In this document: positions 48,411 to 60,287 of the stretch, one piece after another
Layout of the letters: the number at the start of each line of letters is the position of its first letter
Numbering within the stretch: position 1 is the stretch's first letter
The notes under the pieces: generated by a model
Told to the model about the DNA's origin: nothing
Databases searched by the model: none
The model's input: the letters and a program-made list of their open reading frames with translations, nothing else
Position numbers and translations under genes: made by a program
Assembly (NCBI GenBank): GCA_030390025.1
Contig: JASTWF010000343.1
Location: forward strand, 434,001-498,000
Direction of reading: 5' to 3'
DNA: 64,000 nucleotides
Source: Squalus acanthias
Lineage: Eukaryota

Positions 48411-48533
48411 CAGTGCTACGGGGAAAGGGTGGCGGTGAAGGGACTTGCTTAATTGCTCTTGCAGAGAGCCGGCAAGGGCTCGATGGAGCCGTATGGCCTC
48501 ATTCTGTGCTGTCACCATTCTATGATTATATAG
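48411..48533 (+). mobile_element. Short CR1 3' end
   Basis: GCTACGGGGAAAGGG..CTGTGCTGT..TTCTATGATT tail. Confidence 0.7.
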
Positions 48534-48545
48534 AGCCAGAGATGT

Positions 48546-49648
48546 ACAACAACAATAACTTGTGTTTAAATAGAGCCTTTAACGTAGTAAAACGTCCCAA
48601 GGCGCTTCACAGGAGTATTATAAGACAAACAATTTTGACATTGAGCCACAGCAGGATAAATTCGGACAGGTGACTAAAAGCTTGGTCAAAGTGGAAGGTT
48701 TTAATGAGCGTCTTCAAGGAGGAAGGAGAGGTAGCGAGGACGAGAGGATTAGGGAGGCAATTCCAGAGCTTGGGCCTAGGCAACAGAAGGCACGGCACCA
48801 AATGTTGAGCGATTATAATCAGGGATGCTCAAGAGGGCAGAATTAGAGGAGCGCAGATATCTCGGGGGGTGGGGGGGCAGAGTTGTGGGCTGAAGGAGAT
48901 TAGAGATAGGGAGGGGCGAGGCCATGCAGGGATTTGAAAACAAGGATGAGAATTTTGAAATCGAGGTGCTGCTTAACCGGGAGCCAGTGTAGGTCAGCGA
49001 GCACAGGGGAGATGGGCGAACGGGACTTGGTGCGAGTTAGGACACAGGCAGCCGAGTTTTGGATGACCTCAAGTTTACATCGGGTGGAATGTGGGAGGCC
49101 AGCCAGGAGTGCGTTGGAATAGTCAAGTCTAGAAATAACAAAGGCATGGATGAGGGTTTCAGCAGCGGATGAGATGAGGCAAGGGCGGAGACGGGCGATG
49201 TTACGGAGGTGGAAGTAGGCGGTCTTTGTTATGCTGCGGATATGTGGTCAGAAGCTCATTTCAGGGTCAAATATGACACCAATGTTGTGATTAGTGTGGT
49301 TCAGCCTCAGACAGATGTTAGGGAGAGGGATGGAGTCAGTGGCTAGGGAACGGAGTTGGTGGCGGGGACCGAAAACAATGGCTTCGGTCTTCCCAATATA
49401 TAATTGGAGAAACTTTCTGCTCATCCAGAACTGGATGTCGGTCAAGCAGTCTGACAAATTAGACACTGTGGAGGGTTCAAGAGAAGAGGTAGTGAGGTAG
49501 AGCTGGGTGTCGTCAGCGTACATGTGGAAACTGACGCTGTGTTTTCGGATGATGTCGCCAAGGGGCAACATGTAGATGAGAAATAGGAGGAGGCCAAGGA
49601 GAGATCCTTGGGGGACACCAGAGGTAACGATGTGGGAGCGGGAAGAGA
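48546..49648 (-). mobile_element. L2 LINE, 3' RT fragment with tail
   Basis: FHMYADDTQLYL..KTEAIVFG in ORF 49248-49571; (TTG)n-type tail at ~48546. Confidence 0.85.
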
Positions 49649-50967
49649 GGCTAACTGATATTCTGATCCTTTCCGCACAGTCTGATCCCAGCCCCAGACA
49701 TATGTCTCACTGCGGAGAGAGAGAGGCAGAGTCAGTGAGGGAGCAGATACGTCGAGAGGGAAAGAAACACTGGGGCAGAGTTTGACTTATAGTAGGTGCT
49801 ATAGTACAAACCGGGTGATTGTGAATCAGCCACCCATTTTACACCGATGGAAATAAAACTCGGGAGAGATGTAGGGCAGGATCCTGGTTCATTCCCGGAG
49901 ACGGGGCTGATTGTACACCCTGTGTTCATGCCCAGTGAGACTGCACACCAGGAGCAGAGCCTGGTCAATGTGACCCTGTGACACCTCGAGTGGGAGGGGC
50001 TCCGGCCGCTTTGTGACATCGTTCCTGGCTGCTGTGTGATTGGCTCCTGGCTCCTGTGATGTCACCTGGAGACAGGGCCCCGCCCCTGGTTACATCCCAT
50101 CAGTGGGATGTCAGTGTGGGAGGAGCTGGAGTGACAGCTGACACTGGGAGTGAGTTTAGTCCCAATAAACAGGGCAAAGGACAGAATAGAACAATTTAAT
50201 ATTAAAGTAAGTAATTCAAACACACTCATTAATTTCAAAAATAATCAAATTGATTGTAATTATGGTCACAAAAATGCTCCTCCTGTACCCTGGGATTAAT
50301 ATGAATGATTTTTCTATTGACAGTCTCTGGGAGTGAGCAATATCTCAGGAAGGTGGAGAGAGAGAAGTCGAATCATCGCCTCACTGACTGGGACTGGAGA
50401 AATGTCGCTGTGTTCACAGAGCAGATCTGGTGGGATCGAGACCCCCCCCAGTGTCGGAGACGGGATAAAACGGGAAGCTTCAACAATGATTGGAAAGGTG
50501 AGGAACTTTACTGAGAATTCCACCAGTCCAGGATTTTGCTGAGGTGAGAGTCTAACCAGATACTGGGAGCTGGTCAACATCTGCCGTCAGGCTCGGCCTT
50601 TGATGCGGCAAGTTGAGCGGAGCTTATCTCATAGATAAACCTTGCCCGCAACGCACCCGGGAGTGTTTGACACTTACATGTAGAGGGATCTTTATTCTGT
50701 ATTCACCCCATGCTGTACCCGAGCTGGTTGTGCTTCATTGGGTAGTGTCAAGGGAGCTGTACGCTGCACATGATGTATTAGAGGGAGCTTTGCATGTCAC
50801 CCGCGCTGTACCTGCCCTTGGACTGTTTGATTGGGCAGTGCAAAGGGGGCTTTACTCTGTGTATAACTCATGCTACATGCAGGAAGATTGTGGTAAATGG
50901 AATTCAATCCGTAGAACTGTGCGGTAATGCATTTAGGGAGGGCTAACAAGTCAACGGATCCTACACT

Positions 50968-52000
50968 CAGGAACATAGGAAGAGGAGTCGGCCATTCAGC
51001 CCCTCGAGCCTGTTCCGCCATTCAATGCGATCATGACTGATCTGTGATCGAACTCCATATACCTGCCTTTGGCTCATATCCCTTAATAGCTTTGGTTAAC
51101 AAAAAGCAATAAATCTCCAATTTAAAATTAACAATTGATCGAGCATCAATTGCCGTTTGTGGAAGAGAGTTCAAACTTCTACCACTCTTTGTGTGTAGAA
51201 GTGTTTCCTAATTTCACTCCTGAAAGGACTGTCTCTAATTTTTAGACTGTGCCCCCAGTCCTAGCATCCCCAACCAGTGGAAATAGTTTCTCGCTATCTA
51301 CCCTATCTGTTCCCCTTAATATCCTGAAAACTTCAATCAGATCACTCCTTAACCTTCTAAATTCTAGGGAATACAACCCTAGTTTGTGTAATCTCTTCTC
51401 GTAACTTAATCCTTGAAGTCTGGGTATCATTCTGGTAAACCTCCGCTGCACTCCCTCCAAGGCCAATATATCCTTCCTAAGGTGCGGGGCCCAGAACTGC
51501 TCCCAGTACTCCAGGTGTGGTCTAACCAGGGCTTTGGAAAGCTGCAGCATAACTTCTGACCTCTTGTATTCTAGTCCTCTCGATATAAAGGCCAGCATTC
51601 CATTAGCCTTTTTGATTATTTTCTGTACCTGTTCAGGGCATTTTAAAGATCTGTGTACCTGGACCCCCAAGTCTCTTTGGACCTCCACTGCTTTTAGCTT
51701 TTCACCATTTAGAAAGTAACCTGTTCTGTCCTTTTGGGGTCCTGAGTGGATGACCTCACATGTGCCTACATTGAAATCCATTTGCCATAGTTTTGCCCAT
51801 TCAATTAATCTATCAATATCCCTTTGTAATTTTATGCTTTCTTCTACAATGCTGCCTATCTTTGTGTCATCGGCAAATTTGGACATATGACTTTCTATAA
51901 CATCATCTAAGTCATGAATAAATATTGTGAATAGTTGAGGCCCCAAAACACAGATCCCTGCAAACACCACATGTCACGTCCTGCCTATTTGAGTACATAC
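50968..52000 (-). mobile_element. CR1 LINE 3' RT fragment
   Basis: VLGPQLF, KFADDTK, LVRPHLEY in ORF 51242-51970. Confidence 0.9.
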
Positions 52001-52029
52001 CCATTATCCCTACGGTGTATCCTGACACT

Positions 52030-52345
52030 TTATAAAGGGTTATAAAGGTTTATGCTAGGTTATACATGATTATAAAAGAATTTAAAGTATTATAATATAT
52101 AAAGGGTTACAATAGAATATAAAGAGTATTGATGAATTATAAAGGAATATAAATGGTTATAACGATTGACAAAGGCTTATAAAGGGCTATAATGATTGGC
52201 AAAGGATTATACAAAATTATAAAGGGATTTAAATGGGGTACAAAATGATGCAAATTATGCTAATGGAACATAATCATTTATAAATCATTATAATTCTTAA
52301 TAACACTTTATAAACCTTTTGTAAATGATTATTAAGGATTATATT
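52030..52345. repeat. Degenerate 10-bp-period AT-rich repeat
   Basis: TATAAAGGGT TATAAAGGTT.. phased every ~10 nt; orientation reverses after ~52270. Confidence 0.7.
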
Positions 52346-53320
52346 TTAGGCTCCCTCTGCACTGTCGCATCAAACACTTCCAGGGCAGGAACAGCACAGG
52401 TTAGATACAGAGTAAAGATCTCACTACATTGTGCCGTCAAACACTCCCACGGCAGGTCGAGCAATGGCTAGATACAGAGTAAAGCTCCATCTAAACTGTC
52501 CCATCAAACACTCCCACGGCAGGTACAGCAATGGCTAGATATAGAGTAAAGCTCCATCTACACTGTCCCATCAAACACTCCCAAGGCAGGTACAGCATGG
52601 TTTAGATAGAGAGGAAAGCTCCCTTTACATTGTGCCATCAAACACCACCATGGCAGGTACAGCAGGGGTTAGATACAGAGAAAAGCTACCACTAAACTGT
52701 CCAATCAAACACTCGAAGGGCAGGTAGTGCACGGGTTTGGTACAGAGTAAAGCTCCCCCTGCAAAACCTATCAACCACTCCCAGGACAGGTACAGCACAG
52801 GGTTAGATACAGAATGCAGCTCCCTCTACATTGTCCCATCAAATATTCTCAGGTAGGTACAGCCCCTGTTAGATACCGAGTAAAGCTGCCTCTATAGTGT
52901 CGCACCAGATAATCCCAGGGCAGGTACAGCACGGGTTAGATACAGAGTAAAGCTCCCTCTACACTGTCCCATCAAACATTCCCAGGGCAGGTACAGCACG
53001 GATTAGATACAGAGTAAAGCTCCCTCTCCACTATCCCATCAAACACTCCCAGGGCAGGTACAGCACGGATTAGATACAGAGTAAAGCTCCCTCTACACTG
53101 TCACATCAAACACTCCCAGGGCAGATACAGCACGGGTTAGATACAGAGTAAAGCTCCCTCTACACTGTCCCATCAAACACTCCCAGGGCAGGTACAGCAC
53201 GGGTTAGATACAGAGTAAAGCTCCCTCTACACTGTCTCATCAAACACTCCTAGGACAGGTACAGCACGGGTTAAATACATAGTAAAGCTTTCTCTACACT
53301 GTCCCATCAGGGCAGGTATG

Positions 53321-55155
53321 GAACATAAGAATATAAGATGTAGGAGCAGGAGTTTGTCATTTGGCCCCTCGAGCCTGCTCCACCTTTCAATAAGATCACG
53401 GCTGATCTGATCTTGGCCTCAACTCCCCTTCCCTGCCCGTTCCCCATAACCCTTGATTCCCTTATCTTTCAAACATCTATCTATCTCCACCTTAAATATA
53501 TTCAATGGCCCAGCCTCCACAGCTCTCTGGGGAAGAGAATTCCAAAGATTCATGACCCTCTGAGAAGAAATTCCTCATTTTTGTTTTAAATGGGTGCCCC
53601 CTTATTCTGAAATTATGTCCCCTAGTTCTCCACGAGGGGAAACACCTTCTCTGCATCTACCCGGTCAAGCCCCTTCAGAACCATATATGTTTCAATAAGA
53701 TCACCTCTTATTCTTCTAAACTCCTCCAACGAGTATAGGCCCAACCTGCTGAACCATTTTTCATAAGACAACCCTTTCATCTCCGGAATCAACCTCATGA
53801 TCCTTATCTGAACTGCCTCCAATGCAAGTATATTCTTCCTTAAATAAGGAAACCAAAACTGTACGCAGTACTCCAGGTGTGGTCTCACCAACCATCTGTA
53901 CAGTTGTAACAGGACATCCCTACTTTTATACTCCATTCCCTTTGCATTAAAGGCCAACACTCCATTTGCCTTCATAATTAATTGTTGTACCTGCATGCTA
54001 ACTTTTTGTGATTCATGTACAAGGACCACCTGCAAGATCCCTCTGTACCTCAGCATTTTGTAATCTCTCTCCATTTAAATAATTTGCTTTTTTATTTTTC
54101 CTACCAAAGTGGATAACCTCGCACTTTCCCACATTATACTCCACCTGCCAGATTCCTGCTCACTCACTTAGCCCTATCTATAGCCCTTTGGAGATTCTTT
54201 GAGTCCTCCACACAATTTCCTTTCCCACCTATCTTTGTATCGTCAGCAAATTTGGCTACATTACACTCAGTCCCTTAATCCACGTCATTAATATAGATTG
54301 TAAATAGTTGAGGCCCCAGCAATGATCCCTGCGGCACCCCACTAGTTACAGTTTGCCAACCTGAAAATGACCCATTTATCCCGACTCTCTGCTTTCTGTT
54401 AGTTAGCCAATCCTCTATCTAATCTAATATATTACCCCCAACCCCGTGAGCTCTTCTCTTGTGTAGTAACCTTTTATGTGGCACCTTATCGAATGCCTTC
54501 TGGAAATCCAAATACACGACATCTACTGGTTCCCCTTTATCTACCCTGCATGTTCCATCCTCAAAGAACTCCAGCAAACTTATCAAATTTCATAAAACCA
54601 TGCTTACTCTGTTTGACTATATTATGTTTTTCTAAATGTCCTGCTACCACTTCCTTAATGATGGACTCCAGTATTTTCCCAATGACAGATGTTCGACTAA
54701 CTGGTCGATAGTTGCCTGGTTTCTGTCTCCTTCCTTTCTTAAATAGGGGCGTTACATTTGCAGTTTTCCAGTCCGCTGGTACCTCTCCAGAATCCAGGGA
54801 ATTTTGGTAGATTACAATCAATGCATCCACTATCTCTGCAGCCACCTCTTTCAAGACACAAGGATACAGGCCAATGGGCCCAGGGGACTTGTCCACTTTT
54901 AGTCCCATTAGTTTGCCTAGTACTTTCTCTCTAGTGATAATGATTGTTTCAGGTCCCCCCCACCCCCGCCCCTACACCCCAAATGCCCCTTGATTATCCA
55001 TTATTGGGATGCTTTTAGTGTCTTCTACTGTGAAGACCGATACAAAATATTTGTTCCAAGTCTCTGCCATTTCCCTGTGTCCCATTATTAATTCCCCAGA
55101 CTCTTCCTCTAGTGGACCAACGTTTACTTTAGCTTCTCTCTTCCTTTTTATATAT
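53321..55155 (-). mobile_element. CR1 LINE, 5'-truncated and decayed, inside the satellite
   Basis: RT fragments in ORFs 54972-55199, 54561-54908 and 53622-54074; tail GAACATAAGA. Confidence 0.9.
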
Positions 55156-55661
55156 TGGGTTAGATACAGAGGAAAGCTCCATCTACACTGTTGAATCAAA
55201 CACTCCCAGTGCAGGTACAGCAGGGGTTAGATACAGAATAAAGCTCCCACTACACTGTCCCATCAAACACTCCCAGGGCAGGTACAGCACGGGTTAGATA
55301 CAGTGTAAAGCTCCCTCTACACTGTCCCATTAAACACTCCCAGAGCAGGTCTGCACTGGTTAGATGCAAAGTAAAGCTGCCTCTAATCTGTCCGAACAAC
55401 CACTCATAGGGCAGGTACAGCGCGGGTTGATACAGATTAAAGCCCCTTCTTGACTGTTCCATCAAACTATCCCAGGGAAGGTACTGCACGGTTTAGGTAT
55501 AGAGTAAATCTTCCTCTATTTTGTCCCATGAAACATTCCCAGAGTAGGTAGAGCCCGGGTTAGATACAGAGTAAGGCTCCCTCTACACTGTCTCATCAAA
55601 CATTCCCAGGGCAGGTACAGCACGGGTTAGATACAGAGTAAAGCTCCCTCTACACTGTCTC

Positions 55662-56841
55662 AGACTGGCAATCAGTAACTAGTGGTGTTCCACAGGGGTC
55701 AGTGCTGGGTCCCCAACTCTTCACAATCTATATTAACGATTTGGAGGAAGGGACCAAGTGTAACATATCAAAATTTGCAGATGATACTAAGATGGGAGGG
55801 AAAGTAGTGAGTGAGGAGGACATAAAAAATCTGCAAGGGGACATAGACAGGCTAAGTAAGTGGGCAGAGATTTGGCAGATGGAATACAACACTGGAAAGT
55901 GTGAGGTGATGCACTTTGGCAGGAAAAATCCTAGAGCAATTTATTATCTTAATGGCAAGAAACTGGAGAGTACTGAAGTGCAAAGAGATCTGGGGGTCCT
56001 GGTGCACGAAACTCAAAAGGTTAGTATGCAGGTGCAGCAAGTGATTAAGAAGGCAAATGGAATGTTGGCTTTCATTGCTAGGGGGATAGAATATAAAAAT
56101 AGGGAGGTATTGCTTCAGTTGTACAAGGTATTGGTGAGACCGCACCTGGAATACTGCATACAGTTTTGGTGTCCTTACTTAAGGAAAGACATCCTTGCTC
56201 TCGAGGCAGTGCAAAAAAGGTTCACTCGGTTAATCCCGGGGATGAGGGGGTGCTCATATGAGGAGAGGTTGGGTAGATTGGGACTCTACTCATTGGAGTT
56301 CAGAAGAATGAGAGGCGATCTTATTGAAACATATAAGATTGTGAAGGGGATGGATCGGGTGGATGCGGGGAGGATGTTCCCGATGACGGGTGAGACGAGA
56401 ACTAGGGGACATAGTCTTAGAATAAGGGGCTGCTCTTTCAAAACTGAGATGAGGAGGAACTACTTCACTCAGAGGGTGGTAGGTCCATGGAATATGCTGC
56501 CACAAAAAGCTGTAGAAGCTACAACATTAATTAAATTTAAAACAGAAATAGACAGTTTCCTGGAAGTAAAGGGCATTAAGGGTTACGGGGAGCGGGCAGG
56601 AATTTGGACATGAGTCTAGGTTCGGATCGGTCATGGCCCTGTGGGTAGTGGAGCGGGCCCAGGGACTGTGTAGCCTGATTCTGCTCCTATTTCGTGTGTG
56701 CAATTCTGTTAGATGCAGGAGATGGTTCTGTGATAGATAGTAGATTGGCGTTTAGGATCAGATCAGCCATGATCTTATTGAATGGCGGAGCAGGCTCGAG
56801 GGGCCGATTGGCCTACTCCTGCTCCTATTTCTTATGTTCTT
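55662..56841 (+). mobile_element. CR1 LINE, 5'-truncated with uninterrupted RT C-terminal half
   Basis: ORF 55702-56613 (303 aa) has no stops; tail TTCTTATGTTCTT; the satellite resumes in register on both sides. Confidence 0.95.
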
Positions 56842-56917
56842 ATCAAGCACTCGCACGTTAGGTACAGCCCGGGTTAGGTACAGAATAAACCACCCTCTAC
56901 ACTGTCTAATCAAACAC

Positions 56918-59242
56918 ATGCGCATCAAGAACAGGAAGCTTGAGAAACTCGGCATCACCACCAGCAGCAACCAAGCCTCCCCCGGTACCACGGCTGCAAC
57001 CAGAGGGAAGTCCATCGTCAACTTGTCCGACCATACCCTTCAACCAGACGAAATCGAAGTTCTCGCCCTAGGGCTCAAGTTCTGCCCAACCACCAAAATG
57101 GACCCCATCGGTCTCGCGGCAGACACGGAGGAATTCATCAGGAGAATGAGGCTCCGGGAATACTTCCACAAATCCCAAGATGTCAGCAACAAACCCAATG
57201 AGACAATCAATGATCCAGAACAGCAGACAGAGGGACTCGCAGTGCAGCAACCGAAGAAAAAAGAGTCAAACTGGACCCCTCCGGAGGGTCGCTGCCCCAA
57301 GCTTGACATGTATGCTCAAGCTGTCAGGAGATGCATCAACGCCAGATTCATCAGCCGCACTCACAAGACAGTCCAGAATGTCACCCGAGCACAACGCAAC
57401 GCCATCCACGCTCTCAAGACCAACCGCAACATTGTCATCAAACCAGCGGACAAAGGAGGAGCCATCGTCATACAGAACAGAACGGACTATTGTAAAGAAG
57501 CATACCGACAACTGGACAACCAGGAACACTACAGACAGCTACCCGCAGATCCGACCAAAGAACACACCCGCCAACTCAATAGACTGATCAAGACCTTCGA
57601 TCCAGACCTTCAAAACATCCTACGCGCTCTCATCCCACGTACTCCCCGCGTGGGAGACTTCTACTGCCTCCCAAAGATACACAAAGCCAACACACCCGGA
57701 CGTCCTATCGTATCAGGCAATGGAACCCTGTGTGAGAACCTCTCTGGATACGTCGAGGGCATTCTGAAACCCATCGTACAGGGAACCCCCAGCTTCTGTC
57801 GCGACACTACAGACTTCTTACAGAAACTCAGCACCCACGGACCAGTTGAACCAGGAACACTCCTTGCCACGATGGACGTATCGGCACTCTACACCATTAT
57901 CCCCCACGATGACGGCATCGCTGCAACAGCCTCAGTACTCAACATCAACAACAGCCAATCTCCAGACGCCATCCTACAACTCATCCGCTTCATCCTTGAC
58001 CACAATGTCTTCACCTTCGACAACCATTTTTTTACCCAAACACACGGAACAGCCATGGGGACCAAATTCGCACCCCAATACGCCAACATCTTCATGCACA
58101 AGTTCGAGCAAGACTTCTTCGCTGCACAGGACCTCCAACCAACGCTGTACACCAGATACATCGACGACATTTTCTTCCTTTGGACCCATGGCGAAGGATC
58201 ACTGAAAAGACTACACGATAACATAAACAAGTTCCATCCCACCATCAAACTCACCATGGACTACTCCTCAGAATCGGTCTCATTCCTGGACACACGAATC
58301 TCCATCAAAGACGGACACCTCAGCACTTCACTCTACCGCAAGCCCACGGACAACCTCACGATGCTCCACTTCTCCAGCTTCCACCCTAACCATGTTAAAG
58401 AAGCCATCCCCTATGGACAAGCCCTGCGAATACACAGTATCTGCTCAGACGAGGAGGAACGCGATGGACACCTACGGACGCTGAAAAACGCCCTCGTAAG
58501 AACGGGATATGACGCTCGACTCATCGATCGACAGTTCCGACGGGCCACAGCGAAAAATCGCATAGACCTCCTCAGAAGGCAAACACGGGACACAACCAAC
58601 AGGGTACCCTACGTCGTCCAGTACTTCCCCGGAGCGGAGAAACTACGCCATGTTTTTCGCAGCCTTCAACATGTCATCGATGACGACAAACACCTCGCTA
58701 AGGCCATCCCCACGCCTCCACTACTTGCCTTCAAACAGCCGCCTAACCTCAGAAGTACCATCGTTCGCAGCAAATTACCCAGCTTTCAGGATAACAGCGA
58801 CCACGACACCACACAACCCTGCCATGGCAAACTCTGCAAGACATGCCAGATCATCAACACAGATACCACCATCACACGTGAGGACACTACCCACCAGGTA
58901 CATGGTACATACTCATGTGACTCAGCCAACGTTGTCTACCTCATACGTTGCAGGAAAGAATGCACCGCGGCATGGTACATCGGCGAGACCATGCAGACAC
59001 TGAGACAACGTATGAACGAGCACCGCGCAACAATCGCCAGGCAGGATTGTTACCTCCCAGTCGGGGAACACTTCAGCAGTCAAGGACATTCAGCCTCGGA
59101 TCTGCGGGTAAGCGTTCTCCAAGGCAACCTTAGAAACACAATACAACGCAAAATCATCGAGCAGAAACTGATAGCCAAGTTACGCACTCATGAAGACGGT
59201 CTCAATCGGGATCTTGGGTTTATGTCACGATACATGACGTGA
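56918..59242 (+). CDS. PLE reverse transcriptase + GIY-YIG endonuclease (774 aa from the junction ATG)
   Basis: IKPADKG, LPKIHK, GRPIVS, MDVSALYT, GTAMG, RYIDD, FLD, YRKPT; PCHGKLCKTC linker; NVVYLIRC..WYIGET..RMNEH; no stops. Confidence 0.92.
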   Translation: MRIKNRKLEKLGITTSSNQASPGTTAATRGKSIVNLSDHTLQPDEIEVLALGLKFCPTTKMDPIGLAADTEEFIRRMRLREYFHKSQDVSNKPNETINDPEQQTEGLAVQQPKKKESNWTPPEGRCPKLDMYAQAVRRCINARFISRTHKTVQNVTRAQRNAIHALKTNRNIVIKPADKGGAIVIQNRTDYCKEAYRQLDNQEHYRQLPADPTKEHTRQLNRLIKTFDPDLQNILRALIPRTPRVGDFYCLPKIHKANTPGRPIVSGNGTLCENLSGYVEGILKPIVQGTPSFCRDTTDFLQKLSTHGPVEPGTLLATMDVSALYTIIPHDDGIAATASVLNINNSQSPDAILQLIRFILDHNVFTFDNHFFTQTHGTAMGTKFAPQYANIFMHKFEQDFFAAQDLQPTLYTRYIDDIFFLWTHGEGSLKRLHDNINKFHPTIKLTMDYSSESVSFLDTRISIKDGHLSTSLYRKPTDNLTMLHFSSFHPNHVKEAIPYGQALRIHSICSDEEERDGHLRTLKNALVRTGYDARLIDRQFRRATAKNRIDLLRRQTRDTTNRVPYVVQYFPGAEKLRHVFRSLQHVIDDDKHLAKAIPTPPLLAFKQPPNLRSTIVRSKLPSFQDNSDHDTTQPCHGKLCKTCQIINTDTTITREDTTHQVHGTYSCDSANVVYLIRCRKECTAAWYIGETMQTLRQRMNEHRATIARQDCYLPVGEHFSSQGHSASDLRVSVLQGNLRNTIQRKIIEQKLIAKLRTHEDGLNRDLGFMSRYMT

Positions 59243-59664
59243 TCCGGACTCGAGTCGTCGTTAGCTTGTTCACAGATGTGATTCCCAGTAAAAAAGTAAA
59301 AATTTTCCCAGTAAAAAGTAAAAATTTTAAAGCTTTTCGTTTTACATACAGACCGCAGCTTTTGACACGTTAGAACCCCTGCGACTCCACCTCATTGTCT
59401 CAGTTGTATCTTGCTATGTCTTTGATGTGGTACCTTCCTGGCTGACTTAATTAACTTTATCACACCTCGGCAGATAGTCAGGATGATTTAATTTAGTGGT
59501 CTGCAATTGTAAGGTACACATGCTTTGTTTTCTATCTATATATGCTTTGGCGATTCTGTATCTAATTTACTTCACCTGAGGAAGGAGCAATCGATAGCTC
59601 CGAAAGCTTGTGATTTCAAATAAAACTGTTGGACTATAACCTGGTGTTGTGCGACCTCTCAATT
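56919..59664 (+). mobile_element. Penelope-like (Neptune-type) retroelement with 12-bp TSD
   Basis: TAATCAAACACA at 56907-56918 and 59665-59676; intact ORF; 3' repeat with hammerhead and AATAAA 59619-59624. Confidence 0.93.
59572..59613 (+). ncRNA. Minimal hammerhead ribozyme motif in PLE 3' repeat
   Basis: Stem I TCAC/GTGA, core CTGAGGA, stem II GGAGC/GCTCC, GAAA, palindromic AGCT stem III. Confidence 0.72.
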
Positions 59665-60287
59665 TAATCAAACACACCCAGGGCAGGTGCAGCACGGTTT
59701 AGATACTGAGTAATGCTTGCTCTACACTGTCCCATTAAACACTCCCAGGGCAGGTACAGCAAGGATTAGATACATGGTAAAGCTCCCTCTACTCCATCCC
59801 ATCAAACACTCGAAGGGCAGGGAGAGCACAGATTAGATACAGAGTAAAGCTTCTTCTACACTGTCCCATCAAACATTCCCTGGGCAGGTACAGCACGGGT
59901 TAGATACAGAGTAAAGCTCCCTCTACACTGTCACAACAAACACTCCCAGGGAAGCTACAGCACGGGCTAGATACAGAGTAAAGCTCCCTCTACACTGTCT
60001 GATCAAGCACTCGCAGGTTAGATACAGCCCGGGTTAGATACAGAATAAACCTCCCTCCACATTGTCGCTTCAAACACTCCCAGGGCAGGTACACCACAGG
60101 TTAAATATCGAGTAAAGCTCCCTCCACACTGTCCCATCAAACACTCACAGGGCAGTTAGAGCAGGCGTTTGACACAGACTAAAGCACCCTCTACAAAGAC
60201 GCATCAAACACTCCCAGGGCAGTTAGAGCAGGGGTTTCACACAGAATAAAGCTCCCTCTACACTGTCCCATCAAACATTCGCAGGTT

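Noticed and set aside
43663..48518. Cys/Gly/Tyr-rich ORFs (YQCYSEGCGV)n and (VRGVGYISVT)n resembling keratin-associated or structural proteins
   Set aside because: They are translations of a 30-bp minisatellite open in several frames, with frequent frame-breaking unit variants and no unique coding flanks.
56834..56917. N-terminal 28 aa of the 802-aa ORF
   Set aside because: Derived from the CR1 tail and a satellite unit outside the TSD; not part of the element.
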